From NCBI GenBank assembly GCA_013239625.1, contig MU054033.1:496001-560000 (forward strand): a stretch of 64,000 bases of DNA, given 5' to 3'. A program made the translations under genes and the position numbers. A model generated the notes under the pieces. It was not told the origin of the DNA. It saw only the letters and a program-made list of their open reading frames with translations, and did not search any database. Within the stretch, counting starts at the first letter, position 1; each line of letters opens with the position of its first letter. Below are positions 12,361-23,455 of this stretch, piece after piece. The stretch comes from Lama guanicoe (lineage: Eukaryota).

Positions 12361-15300
12361 AAAAAGACCGAAGAAAACCTCTAAATGTCAACAGATCACA
12401 GAAATTGGGAGTGGGGCGCTCCAGCATTGATGGTGATGATAGGCGGGCCCGGCTTGACTGTAACCAGTCGAGTCGATTTTTTTTTTTGAACCTTTAGTTT
12501 TTGTGGTCAAAGGCTAGCGTAGAGAGAACTTGAATGCCCCGAGTTCAAAAAGCATATATTTATCAAAGGGCCCTTAGGGATGGCGCTGCCCTGCTGTGAG
12601 GCTGCAGGGCTTCCATCCTGGCCTTAAGGCTTCTGGGATTGCGCCCGTTGCAGTAATTCTCAGTGGGTTCACGGCAGCCTCACAGATGCCCCCTGAAAAG
12701 CGCGTAAGCGCCCAGTGCTTTGTTGAAAATTGGCTTCTGGGGGAGCCTGTCCTACACCCCAGACCCTAACCCGTTTCTCTCTTGAGTGTCAAGCCAGTGA
12801 GGAGTTGGGGACCAGTGAAATGCTAACTTAAGAACTCGGGCTCTGGGCTCAAAAGAGCTGGGTCCCAGGACCCAGCCTGTGATCTTGGGCGGCTTGCTCT
12901 AATTTCCGCAGGCCTCCAGGGTAAACTGAGGAAATAAAACCTGTTGATCTAGGCAGTCGTGAGGAGCTCAGTAAACATTTCCTGTATAAGTGACCAGGAA
13001 CCAGAGACATACATATTTTTGATAAAGGTATTCACCTTCACTTTTCTCTGCCTACGTCTTTGGACGATAACAGACTGAAATTTGAACTCAGCATTTAGTT
13101 AGCTTCTTCTTGAAATACTGTGCTTTTTCGTTCCAGTGATGATTCAGGTTTTTTTTTTCTTCAAAACTATTTGCCATTACATTCAATGGTAATTTTAGTT
13201 TGAAGGGAACTCTTGAGAGGGTCCCAGAGCCTCAAACTTCCCAAGTCATGAGGTTCATGTTTGGGGGGCTGTTTAAAGGAACAGAGAGAGAGAGAGGGAG
13301 GGAGGGAGGGAGAGGCGAGCTGACGGTGGCAGGAATGGTGTAGGAAGTGCCAAACAGCTGCCTTTGTCCAGTTCCCTTGGCCTCTCTGTGATGGTTGTCT
13401 GGGGCTTGGGTGATCTCTGCATCTCAGGTTCTCTGCTCTGAGATCAGAGGCTGTTAGACCTCACAGGTAAGCTCTCTGGGAGGGGGATGTGCAGCCTATA
13501 AAGTAAAGACACACCCCATGACTGCTGATGGTTGGCCCTTTCAACGGATACGGAAATCAGTTGCATTTGGTTTTAGGCTTGGGGCGCAAGAGGCAAAAAT
13601 TAGGCCTAGAACAGATCATCGTCATCATTGCCTTCATTCTGCTCATCCTTCGAAAATGAGATTAAGAGCTAAGATTTTCTGTGCACGTACCCTGCACGTG
13701 CCAGACACAGCGTGGACCGGTCTATTATCCTCCCCACTTTGTAGATAAGGAAGTGGAGGCGAAGGGAAATTATTTAGCAACCCAGGCCAGGAGCTTGAAG
13801 TGGGGTGGCGTGGGGGAGGGGGAGGGCGAGGGAGGGGCTCTGCCTCCGTCCCTTCCCTGAGTGTGAATGCAAGCTCACTGCAGTTTTTGAAACAGTTTCC
13901 TTTTCTGTGTTCAAGACTTATCTTTGCGAGGTGCAATTATAACATCACTGTGATGCAACAGCCTGAAAATTAAAACCCTTTGTTCGGGCCCTTTCCCATG
14001 TTGAGCAACGTGCCTGACTCACCAGCTGAGTGGATATTTCTAGTTGACCTTGCTTTGGTCCACAGCGTCAGTTCCGAGATGTGAATGTGATTGCAGCATG
14101 GAATGGAAAAGGTGCAGTCACACTGCCCAGGCTTTATTTTTACCCGAGTTAAAATCACACATACTTCATTATTTCCATTGTAACCCAGATGGCATTGATG
14201 CTGTTAAACGTTGTTTATTTTTTAATGTGTATTAAGGAATGAGAGCACACTTGGGATTCGGTTCAAAATATGACAGAAACAATGTAATTGAGGTTTCCTT
14301 TAATATTCATTTCTTGTTTTTGTAAGGTATGCCTGTGTTTCACGGGGTTAACACATTGTTTGATATCCTGTTATTTTTCTGAATTATATTTGAGTTGAGT
14401 TTTATCCAGATTGGATTTGTATGAGAATGTCGAAAGACATTGACCTTTGATCACAGACATTACACAAGAGTTTTTCAGTTTCAAAATGAATTTGTATGAC
14501 CGCCACCCTCAATTATCTCTCAAATTTCATTACAAATAGCTTTCTTGTAGTTAAAAAAAAATACTGTTTCTTACATGGTTTTAATTAGAGAGCATAAGCT
14601 TGTTTTTATGATAAGAAAGTTCAGTAGGGATTTACTAGATGCCTTTCATAATAATCTGCTTTGAGGACTCCGTTTTATTGGAAGCAGAATGATGTTTATA
14701 AGCCTTTTAGCTATCAGAACATGGTGTCTTTTATTAATTAACTTTCTAGGGATCTTAAACTGGAATTAAGTAGCCTTCAAATAAACACTAAAAATAAACA
14801 TTTAAAATAATCTGTTCTATTCATAAGGCACGTAGTAGAGTAAGTGACATTTGTAACCGTCTGTGCACTGGGAAGGAACGTGAACAAGAAATTAAGAAGT
14901 CAAGCTGAGGGAAACCGGAATGTGATTCTTCAGTATAATTGGGAACATTCAGAAACTTGCCCTTCTGTACCCTTTCCCCACCCAGCCCCTGCACTCACCC
15001 CATTTTTACTTGTCATCATTACTCCCATGTTGCATGTATCCTGGCATTTCTTAGCAGATGCAGAATGTCCTATAACTGGGTTATTTCATGATTACTGGTG
15101 TCACTTAAGATTTCAGATAGTTGCTAGACTGATAAATTATCTTTTTGAAACTTCAGGAAAATTAATGTTCCTCATTTCGAAGTGACTGCGGTTTTGTTTC
15201 TGTTTTTTTTTATGCATTAGTATTTTCCCTCCCCCACCCTCCCCCTCCCTCAAGCCGTGGATTTGTTTGGACACGTTAGCATCTGTGCTCAGACCACGCA

Positions 15301-17584
15301 GTCTTCAGGATATTTTCATCCTGAGTTAGGTTACAAACAGTGGCCTCTTTTTATGAATGTAAAGTTGTACTATTTCATATTTCAATTCCTTAAATTATAT
15401 TGATGCTGTAATGAAATGCAGTGTTGTTATCCTATTTATTAAGTTTAAATCTAATTTTCAGGTAGTTCTTTGTTGAAGATAAAACAGCAAGAAATTAGAA
15501 ATATTTGCTTTTATCATAAGCTCGCTCTGGTTTTGACACATTCATTTACAGAGCCACCCGAATAGAAAAAGTAGGTCACTTTGTTGCCATGATAGGGTAG
15601 ATTTTGGCAAAGTGTGAGAGTTCACTTATGTGTGTGTTCATATCTTGATCAAGTATACATTTTTCTCTGACTTTAAGTTTAAAGTCTGTGTTACTAGAGA
15701 CAGAATTATATTATTAATGGGAGGCGCTTCATTGGCCCTTAGAGAAGTTTAACATAGTTGTCTTAATTTAAAAAGCCTTTTATTCTTCAGCCTAATTAGA
15801 AAATCCTTGTGCAACTTCAGCATTTCCTGAATTTTTTCATTCCCCACTTCCCCGTAGATTTGATTTTTATTCATGAAAAGAAAGCATTTTACTGAAACGA
15901 TCATGTCATGGATTTTACCCACAGGAGGAAAATGTAGGTTAACATTTCACTAGTATTACTAGTTTAAAGAGCTATGAATTGATCCAGTGACTTTATTTTT
16001 TTCACTAAAATGGTGTTTATCTCAAAAATAAGCAACTACCTTCTTAGTAGAGAGGTGGTTTGTAGTTGAACATAAAAGAACTTTTTTTTTCTTTAATGGT
16101 ATCTATACTATACCTCTGAGGGTATAAAGAATACATTCAGAGAGTAGAGGAAAAATGAGGTGGTTCTATAAAAATATTTCCAAATCATGCGGCTCATCAA
16201 ATAGTATCTCATCTTGTATTGACAGTTTTAAAATCAAAACGTGTAACAGAAGCAATTTGCAGTAAGACTTCCCCCTTAAAGAGATAATTAGTAACAGAGT
16301 TTTCTCATGGTGGATTTTAATGTCTAAACTATTAGTAAGATTTTAGATGCTTGAAACAAAATGTTTCTTTTTGTTCTGTAACAAGTTTGGATTGTCAACC
16401 AATAGTTCTCTGAGAGATGCACTGGAGGCCAGGGAAGATATAGGTCAAACATAAGGAATGAGATTCCTCCTCGAGGAGAAATTTGGTCTAGAATTTGTGT
16501 TGGAACTCTTTATTCTTTAAGAGAATTTTCTAAACCAAATTTTAATCTTAATTTAAAATAACATTTAGGTCATCTGACTTAAATAGACCTTAAAATCGGG
16601 GCTTGCGAAACCTAACTCCTGTAGAAATAGCGTGATGTACTATGAAAAAGCGTCAATTAGCAACGGCACGTCCGCGTTAGGTATGGGAAAATAATGTCAT
16701 TGGAATGTGATGACTCCTGCTCTTAAATTTCTCTTTTTATTTGTGTTTTTAAGCAGCAGCCATATTATCTAATGGGTGTAATGAAGCTGATCGTGCTGGA
16801 CACGCCAGCATCATAGAATTGGCATTTAGTGTCAATTACTCACCAGAAGGGAAACTAGTGGTGACTGATGTAACGCAGCGTTAGTGGTGATCTGAGAGCA
16901 GGAGGCAGAGGTGAACTGACTGTTAAATTAATCATAAGGGGAAAACATCAGAATCTGAAATAAAGTCATTAGTTGAGCATAAATACTGATGTTTTCAGAA
17001 GGCGTTGTAAACTAGCTTTGCGTTTGCTTTCATTTAAATTGATGGTTGAAGGGCACAAATAGATTCGTTGCCCCCAGCATCTCTGCCCTCACGTGCTGCG
17101 TGATCCTGGCAAAGTCACTCAGCCTTTCTGGGTTTTAACTGCTCACCACACCCCGTGTTGAAAATGGATACATTTTGCTTTTGTACTAGAAAAATCACAG
17201 GTGACAATGCCAATAGCTAGCACTTTTCTTTTCCTCTGTTTATTTTAGCACATAGGACTGCTAGGAGATTAAAATTTTAGCAAAGAGATGAAAATGTAGA
17301 ATGTTTTCTCAATTTATTAAATACTTTCAGGATGTAGAACATCTCCAAGGAAGCTGGAGAGAAGTCCCAGGTGGCACCTTTGTCGTCTTAAGGAAGTTCT
17401 GGCGGCATCTAAGAGTGCTTTACTGCCCCCAGCGTAACTTAGGAAATGAGTATAAATGACTCAGAAATGAGAGCAACACAGAAAGGAACTGAATGTAATT
17501 GAGATGCACTGCAGAAGTCCCCACCAGAACAGCCCCCTGCAAGTGCAGAAGAGGAAACCGGACCATGAGAGGGACTGGAATGCA

Positions 17585-17770
17585 TTCAGAGCTGGGCTGG
17601 AATCAGCTCTGCCACTTAACTGGCTGTGTGACGCTGGGCAAGTTGCTTAACTTCTCTGAGCCTTAGTTTTCTCGTTTGAAAGTGGTTATTATCATGAGGG
17701 TAGTGAAATTATGACACGCCAGGCTCACCGTGCTTCTTGCGTACTAAGTGTTCAGCAAATGGTCATCACT
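17585..17770 (+). mobile_element. MIR SINE remnant
   Basis: GCTCTGCCACTTAACTGGCTGTGTGACGCTGGGCAAGTTGCTTAACTTCTCTGAGCCTTAGTTTTCTC. Confidence 0.8.
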
Positions 17771-18577
17771 GTTTTTATTTTCACCCTCCCAAGAGAAAAA
17801 GCAGTGCAGGCTGGAAACGATGTGATCTGTGCACCAACCCCCGGCCCAACGTGGGCGGCGCTCCTTGCGCATCCCTGGCTCACAAGTCTGTCTCCCCCCC
17901 GGAATAAGGGGATCCCTTGACTCTTGGGACTTGGATTTATGTGCCCCCAGTCTTCCTCAGTGTCAGGTATGCAGTAGGTGTTGAATAAATCAAGCAAAGA
18001 GTAAGAGAAGCTCTCTGTCAATAAGCAAAGTATCTTTTTTAGGATTTCCACCGTGAGACTAAATTAAAAAGAATGTATCAGAAAAGTGGTTTTGGTTACA
18101 AAACTCTCTTATGTGTGGCAAATGAGTGACTGTCAATCAGACGTTGAGCACCTAATATGTTCAGTTTGTTGCCAGGATACAAATATATTCATTTGCGCCT
18201 GTAAGGCATTTGCAGTCTAGTTGGGTGTATAAAACAAACGGAGGAGGATACACGTGGTCCAGAATCAGCACCTCTCTGCATTATCTCACACCGTGATAAA
18301 CTTCTTTCAACTCTGTAAGGTTATTTGATAAATAATATTACCGAAAATATCCTAATACACTATGTGGTGATTTGCTGATAGGGGTCATAGAGACAGTTAA
18401 TGTGTGCAGGTGAGGGAAGAATCTAGATTCTGGTACACAGAGTGAAGTTCCAATAGGGAGAAGACTAACAGAAAAGAAATGAGATTTTCCTACAGGTTTT
18501 AAACATGCCAACAAAGTTGTGGAGATGACAAAGTGGGTACATGGGACTTAGACACCAAGAAGAAAGGAGCCACGAGA

Positions 18578-18690
18578 TTTTTTTAACATTTTTTATTGAT
18601 TTGTAATCATTTTACAATGTTGTGTCAAATTCCAGTGTAGAGCACAATTTTTCCGTTATGCATGAACATATATATTTTCATTGTCACATT
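18578..18690 (-). mobile_element. Very short L1 3'-end insertion
   Basis: T run followed by ATTGATTTGTAATCATTTTACAATGTTGTGTCAAATTCCAGTGTAG; GAGATTTT on both sides. Confidence 0.75.
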
Positions 18691-19249
18691 TGAGATTTTA
18701 AGACAAGTGAGATTTTTAAACTTAAATAGAGGTGGGATCATTTTCCTCCAGGCAGCGTGACGAGGGCTGTCTACCCTCACTCACACCAGACCCCGCGCAC
18801 ATCTTTGGACCAGGAGGCTGAAGAGAGTCCCCACTCACTCCATGCATGTGATGAAAACGGGTATGATATGATGACATAATGAAAAGTTTAGGGAGAGTGG
18901 CAAAGGCAGACAGCACGGTGGGGCATTTCAAAAGCGTCATGGGAAAAACTCGTAAGTGAGGTGAAATGTAGAAGGAATGTAATTTTTTTCCAGGGAAGGG
19001 ACAAATTAAAAAATGCAAAGAAGAGAAAGGTTCTCAAGTGGCAAAAATACTCAGAATAATAGCGTACAGGAAACTCCATGATGCTTTGAAAAACAGAGGT
19101 CCCTGAGGATACAGTGGAGATTTGAAGGGCACTTTGGGAAAACAGTTCAATGTAATAGTCCTTCTTTAGCTGGAATTTTTACCCTTTGCCTCAACATTTA
19201 TTTGACTTAAAGGGGGAAGCACTTAACTGCATTAGGGAATACCCATTTT

Positions 19250-19483
19250 TTTTTTTGATAGACTTTATTCTTTTAGAGCTGTTTCAGGTTCACAACAGAA
19301 TTGAGCAGAAAATACAGAGAGTTCACACGTAGCCCTCCCCACCCACACATGTATCCTCCCCTCTCAGCATCGCTCATCAGTGGGGCGTATTTGGTACCAT
19401 CGCTGAACCAACGTGGGCACGTTATTATCAACCAAAGTCCATAGTTTTCATGAGGGTTCCCTCTTGATGTTGTACATTCTGTG
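19250..19483 (-). mobile_element. Ancient L1 (L1MC-like) 3' end fragment
   Basis: TTTTAGAGCTGTTTCAGGTTCACAACAGAATTGAGCAGAAAATACAGAGAGTTC...AAAGTCCATAGTT, typical of L1MC 3' ends. Confidence 0.7.
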
Positions 19484-21095
19484 GAGGGACTACCCATTCT
19501 TAACAGGAGGAAAGAATCCATTCAGTATGCAGAGGGCAAATGAGTTTTCATGTCAGAACAAGAAAGCTGAGTGGAAATAGAGGAGGCTGTGTTGATGTAC
19601 TAAGTGATAACCAGAAAGACCTCCTTTCTACACCATCACCACCTGCTCTGGCAGACTCTTTGCCTTCACTTCTCATTAAAGCTGTATTATCAAAAACAAA
19701 CAGGAGCAGGGTGTTTGTAATCACAAGTTTTCCCGAGTTGCAACTCACTGTTTCCGTTGGCTCAGTTGGATGGATACAAACGTGGCATTAAACCTGAGTC
19801 TTTGTGATCCTGGAACTGTTACGTCATTCCTTCTGCTCCTTCTGGAAAAGACACAAGAGGCTGGCAGGCTTTTCCAGCTGATAAAATTAAACTTCATTTC
19901 ATTAGTCATTGTAGAACTATGCACAAGGAAGGCAGAGTGACATGAAGCAAAAACATTCCGTCTTTTTAATGGGGCAGGGCAGAGTGCTGAATGAGCAGAT
20001 GTCTTGCCATATCTCCTTTATGGACGTTTTCCCTGCTGGGAAATTAGGCAGGGAAGCCCTGTCCAGAAACACAGATCCAGAACCACCATGAGGGGATTGT
20101 TATTGGAACCTAATATGGATTTATTATCTCGTGTCAGGCCAAATGCAGATTAGAACCGTGTCATCAGTGGAAAAGGAAGCTATTTGGTTCTATTTTTGAG
20201 TTCTTATATTTTGTTTGAAACTAATTCATAAAACGGAAAGAAATTCTTTCCATAATTAGATTCTCTCGGTTTAAAATAATTTTAGGTTCTCTCAGTTTAA
20301 AATAAATTTACATTTCAAGAATGCACTCTACTTTAAAAAAAAATCCCTTTAAATAGTAACTGTTTATTTTGGTACAAAGCTATTAGATACATGAAATCTA
20401 TTTTGACAGAATTTTCAGGACCAAAAAAAAGCACTTTGAATGCTTCCATCTTAAGTGAATGCTTGGTAAGTCAATTTGAAAGAATCAGAAGGAGGAACAT
20501 TTCTAACCTCATAGCGCAAATACGTCAGAGAGATGGCTTTATCGAGAGGAACCCTCTCCAGGTGTGCTGAGTCTCTTGGCAGAGTGACCTTGACATAAGC
20601 CCACCGGGGGTTTGAGGGACAGGATTTGCCCACATAAGAGTCCAGTTAAAAAGCTGCAACTCTGTTGTTTGTGTGGCTTTTATTTTCATTTTTGTGGAAA
20701 TAAAAACTTAGCCCCGTTTATGTTTTATTCCATGCAGTTACAAAATTTGTTTACTGACATTAAAGGAGTTTACTTGGAGAAGTTCCTTTTTACGAGGTGA
20801 GCTTGTTTGCTTGGCAGCGATAGAAATGCGACCGAAAATTATCCAGAAGCTCCCAGTCTGCAAGCACTTACCAGCCAGCGGGGATCTGTCATCTCCTTCC
20901 TGTCATGCCCTGTCCCTCGTCCCCCTCCCCACCGTGTCTTCTCCCGAAACACAGCCTTCCTCAGTTTCTCCCCGGGGCAGGTGTGTGTTTTTCTCTCACT
21001 GCCCCGGACCACGCGTTCCTCTGCCAATACGACAGCTCGCGCTGGGGGTTTGTCCCTCACGACTCTCCAGTACAGGGATTTGCTTTCTTCCCGTC

Positions 21096-21155
21096 TTCCT
21101 TTCTTTTCTTTTCTTTCTTTCTTTCTTTTTCTTTCCTTCCTTCCTTCTTTCTTTC

Positions 21156-21231
<76 letters not shown>

Positions 21232-21340
21232 TTTTCCTCTCTCTATCTTCCTTTCTTTTCTTTTCTTTCTTTCTTTCTTTTTCTTTCTTTCCTTCCTTCT
21301 TTTCTTTCCTTCCTTCCTTCCTTCTTTCTTTCTTTTCTTT

Positions 21341-21404
<64 letters not shown>

Positions 21405-21406
21405 TC
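21096..21406. repeat. Compound (TTTC)n/(TTCC)n polypyrimidine microsatellite, about 310 bp
   Basis: Read directly; it produces the spurious FLSF and KERK ORFs. Confidence 0.98.
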
Positions 21407-21595
21407 ATTGAGTTATAGTCATTTTACAATGTTGTGTCAGTTGGTTGCTTACTTTCGTTTCAAGATTGTAAACTCTTCGAAGGAAAAACACTGCACCTTG
21501 TTCAGACCCATGTACCCTAAGTGCTGAGTGCCATTTCTTGAACAGAACGGGTAATAAACACTTACCAAGTAACTGTTTCTTTTCGTGTCTTGCAG

Positions 21596-21773
21596 GTCAC
21601 CTACAAGACCGCCTGCTCCGTTCAGCTAAGAGGAGCCGAAGAGACTGAGTCTGGACAGTAGAACAAAAGGAAGAATATTGATGGATGTTAAACCACGGGT
21701 TTTAAAGCGTTTGAGAGGCCTGGGGAAGTAACTTGCTCCCCTGCCCCGCGTAGGTAGGTGAAGGCTGTTTCTG
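21596..21773 (+). other. NFIL3: NFIL3 coding exon, 5' UTR part (after the splice acceptor)
   Basis: Pyrimidine tract and acceptor tttcttttcgtgtcttgcAG|G ending at 21595. The downstream GAACAAAAGGAAGAATATTGATGGA...TTTCTGATG resembles the NFIL3 5' UTR as I recall it. Confidence 0.8.
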
Positions 21774-23159
21774 ATGCAGCTGAGAAAAATGCAGAGCATC
21801 AAGAAGGAGCAGGCGGCCCACGATCCCGGGAGCGCCGTGGACAAGATGATGGTGCTTAACTCTGCCTTGACTGAAGTCTCCGAAGACTTGGCGCCCGAAG
21901 ACCTACTGCTAAATGAAGGAAGCGTGGGGAAAAGCAAATCTTCGGCGTGCCGGAGGAAACGGGAATTCATCCCCGACGAGAAGAAGGACGCCATGTACTG
22001 GGAGAAGAGGCGGAAGAACAACGAGGCGGCCAAGAGGTCTCGTGAGAAGCGTCGGCTGAACGACCTGGTTTTAGAGAACAAGCTGATTGCACTGGGGGAG
22101 GAAAACGCCACTTTGAAAGCCGAACTGCTTTCCCTGAAGCTGAAGTTTGGTTTGATTAGCTCGGCAGCCTACGCCCAGGAGATTCAGAAGCTGAGCAGCT
22201 CGACAGCCGTGTACTTTCAAGACTACCAGACGTCCAAGGGCAGCGTGGGCGCCTTCGTGGACGAGCACGAGCCCTCGATGGTGGCCAGCAGCTGCATTTC
22301 GGTCATCAAGCACTCTCCGCAGAGCTCTCTGTCTGACGCCTCCGAAGTGCTCTCGCTGGAGCACTCGCAGGAGGGCCCCGGGCAGAGCGGCTGCAGAAGT
22401 CCTGAGAGCAAGTTCCAGGTCATCAAGCAGGAGCCCATGGAACTGGAGAGCTTCGCCAGGGAGCCGAGAGACGAGCGGGGTGCCTACCGGGCAGCACTGT
22501 ATCAGGCCTACATGGGGGGGTCGTTTCCCGGCTACGCGCACTCCCCGCCGCTGCTGCAGGCCAGCCGGTCCTCCAGCAACTCTCCGAGGACGTCGGAGAC
22601 TGAGGACGGGGCCGTGGGAAAGTCGTCCGACGGCGAAGACGAGCAGCAGGTCCCCAAGGGCCCGATCCACTCCCCCGTGGAACTTCAGCGCGCCCATGCC
22701 ACCGTGGTTAAGGTCCCCGAAGTGAATTCCTCTGCCCTGCCGCACAAGCTTCGCATTAAAGCCAAAGCCATGCAGATAAAAGTGGAAGCCCTGGAGAACG
22801 AGTTTGACGCCACGCCCAAGCTTCCCTCGCCCCTTGACATGACGTCCAAGAGACACTTCGAACTCGAGAAGCATCCTGCCCCCACCCTGGTCCCTTCCTC
22901 CCTCACTCCCTTTTCAGTGCAAGTGACGAACATTCAAGACTGGTCCCTCAAAGCCGAACACTGGCATCAAAAAGACCTGAACGGCAAAAGCCAGGGCGGT
23001 TTCAAAACTGGCGTTGTTGAAGTGAAAGACACTGGGTACGAAGTTTCGGACCCAGAGAACTTGTTTTTGAAGCAGGGGATCGCACACTTGCCGGCAGAGG
23101 TGGTCTCACTCAAGAGACTGATCGCCACGCACCAGATCTCTGCTTCGGACTCCGGGTGA
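21774..23159 (+). CDS. NFIL3: Nuclear factor interleukin-3-regulated protein (E4BP4), a PAR-related bZIP transcriptional repressor; 461 aa, whole CDS in one exon
   Basis: The ORF starts MQLRKMQ and contains the b[66 protein letters not shown], the repression region [11 protein letters not shown] and the C-terminus ISASDSG. All match mammalian NFIL3. SUMO-type motifs IKKE, LKAE, IKQE and IKVE are present. Confidence 0.99.
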   Translation: MQLRKMQSIKKEQAAHDPGSAVDKMMVLNSALTEVSEDLAPEDLLLNEGSVGKSKSSACRRKREFIPDEKKDAMYWEKRRKNNEAAKRSREKRRLNDLVLENKLIALGEENATLKAELLSLKLKFGLISSAAYAQEIQKLSSSTAVYFQDYQTSKGSVGAFVDEHEPSMVASSCISVIKHSPQSSLSDASEVLSLEHSQEGPGQSGCRSPESKFQVIKQEPMELESFAREPRDERGAYRAALYQAYMGGSFPGYAHSPPLLQASRSSSNSPRTSETEDGAVGKSSDGEDEQQVPKGPIHSPVELQRAHATVVKVPEVNSSALPHKLRIKAKAMQIKVEALENEFDATPKLPSPLDMTSKRHFELEKHPAPTLVPSSLTPFSVQVTNIQDWSLKAEHWHQKDLNGKSQGGFKTGVVEVKDTGYEVSDPENLFLKQGIAHLPAEVVSLKRLIATHQISASDSG

Positions 23160-23455
23160 AGTTACTACTGACCCAGCTCTGGGCGTCTCGCTGTCTTTGG
23201 CAATAGATGAGTATGTTTTGTATTAGGCTGAGTTTTCACTGGACCTGTGTCATTTCACTGTAACGTTCACACGTTGTCTGTCGGGTGTCTTTTTGTGCAC
23301 AAATTACTATGAAGATTAGATTGTGTCATCACTCTGCCTTGGGTGTAGTCACAGAGTCCATTGCAAAGGCTGTATATATGGGACATTATTTTTGTTGTTT
23401 TCCCATAAAGTGTGTAAGTTACCAGTTTCAATAAAGGATTGGTGACAAACACAGA
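23160..23455 (+). other. NFIL3: NFIL3 3' UTR (end approximate)
   Basis: Follows the TGA stop, carries AATAAA at 23430-23435, and has T/GT-rich sequence downstream. Confidence 0.8.
23430..23435 (+). terminator. NFIL3: Polyadenylation signal AATAAA of NFIL3
   Basis: Canonical hexamer about 270 nt after the stop (ccagtttcAATAAAggattgg). Confidence 0.85.

Noticed and set aside
20807..21527. ORFs of 168-238 aa rich in F/L/S or K/E/R
   Set aside because: Translations of the (TTTC)n microsatellite, which lacks stop codons.
22071..22874. 267-aa antisense ORF, and the 161-aa one at 21626-22111
   Set aside because: Shadow ORFs caused by the GC3-rich NFIL3 codon usage; no ATG start or recognisable domain.
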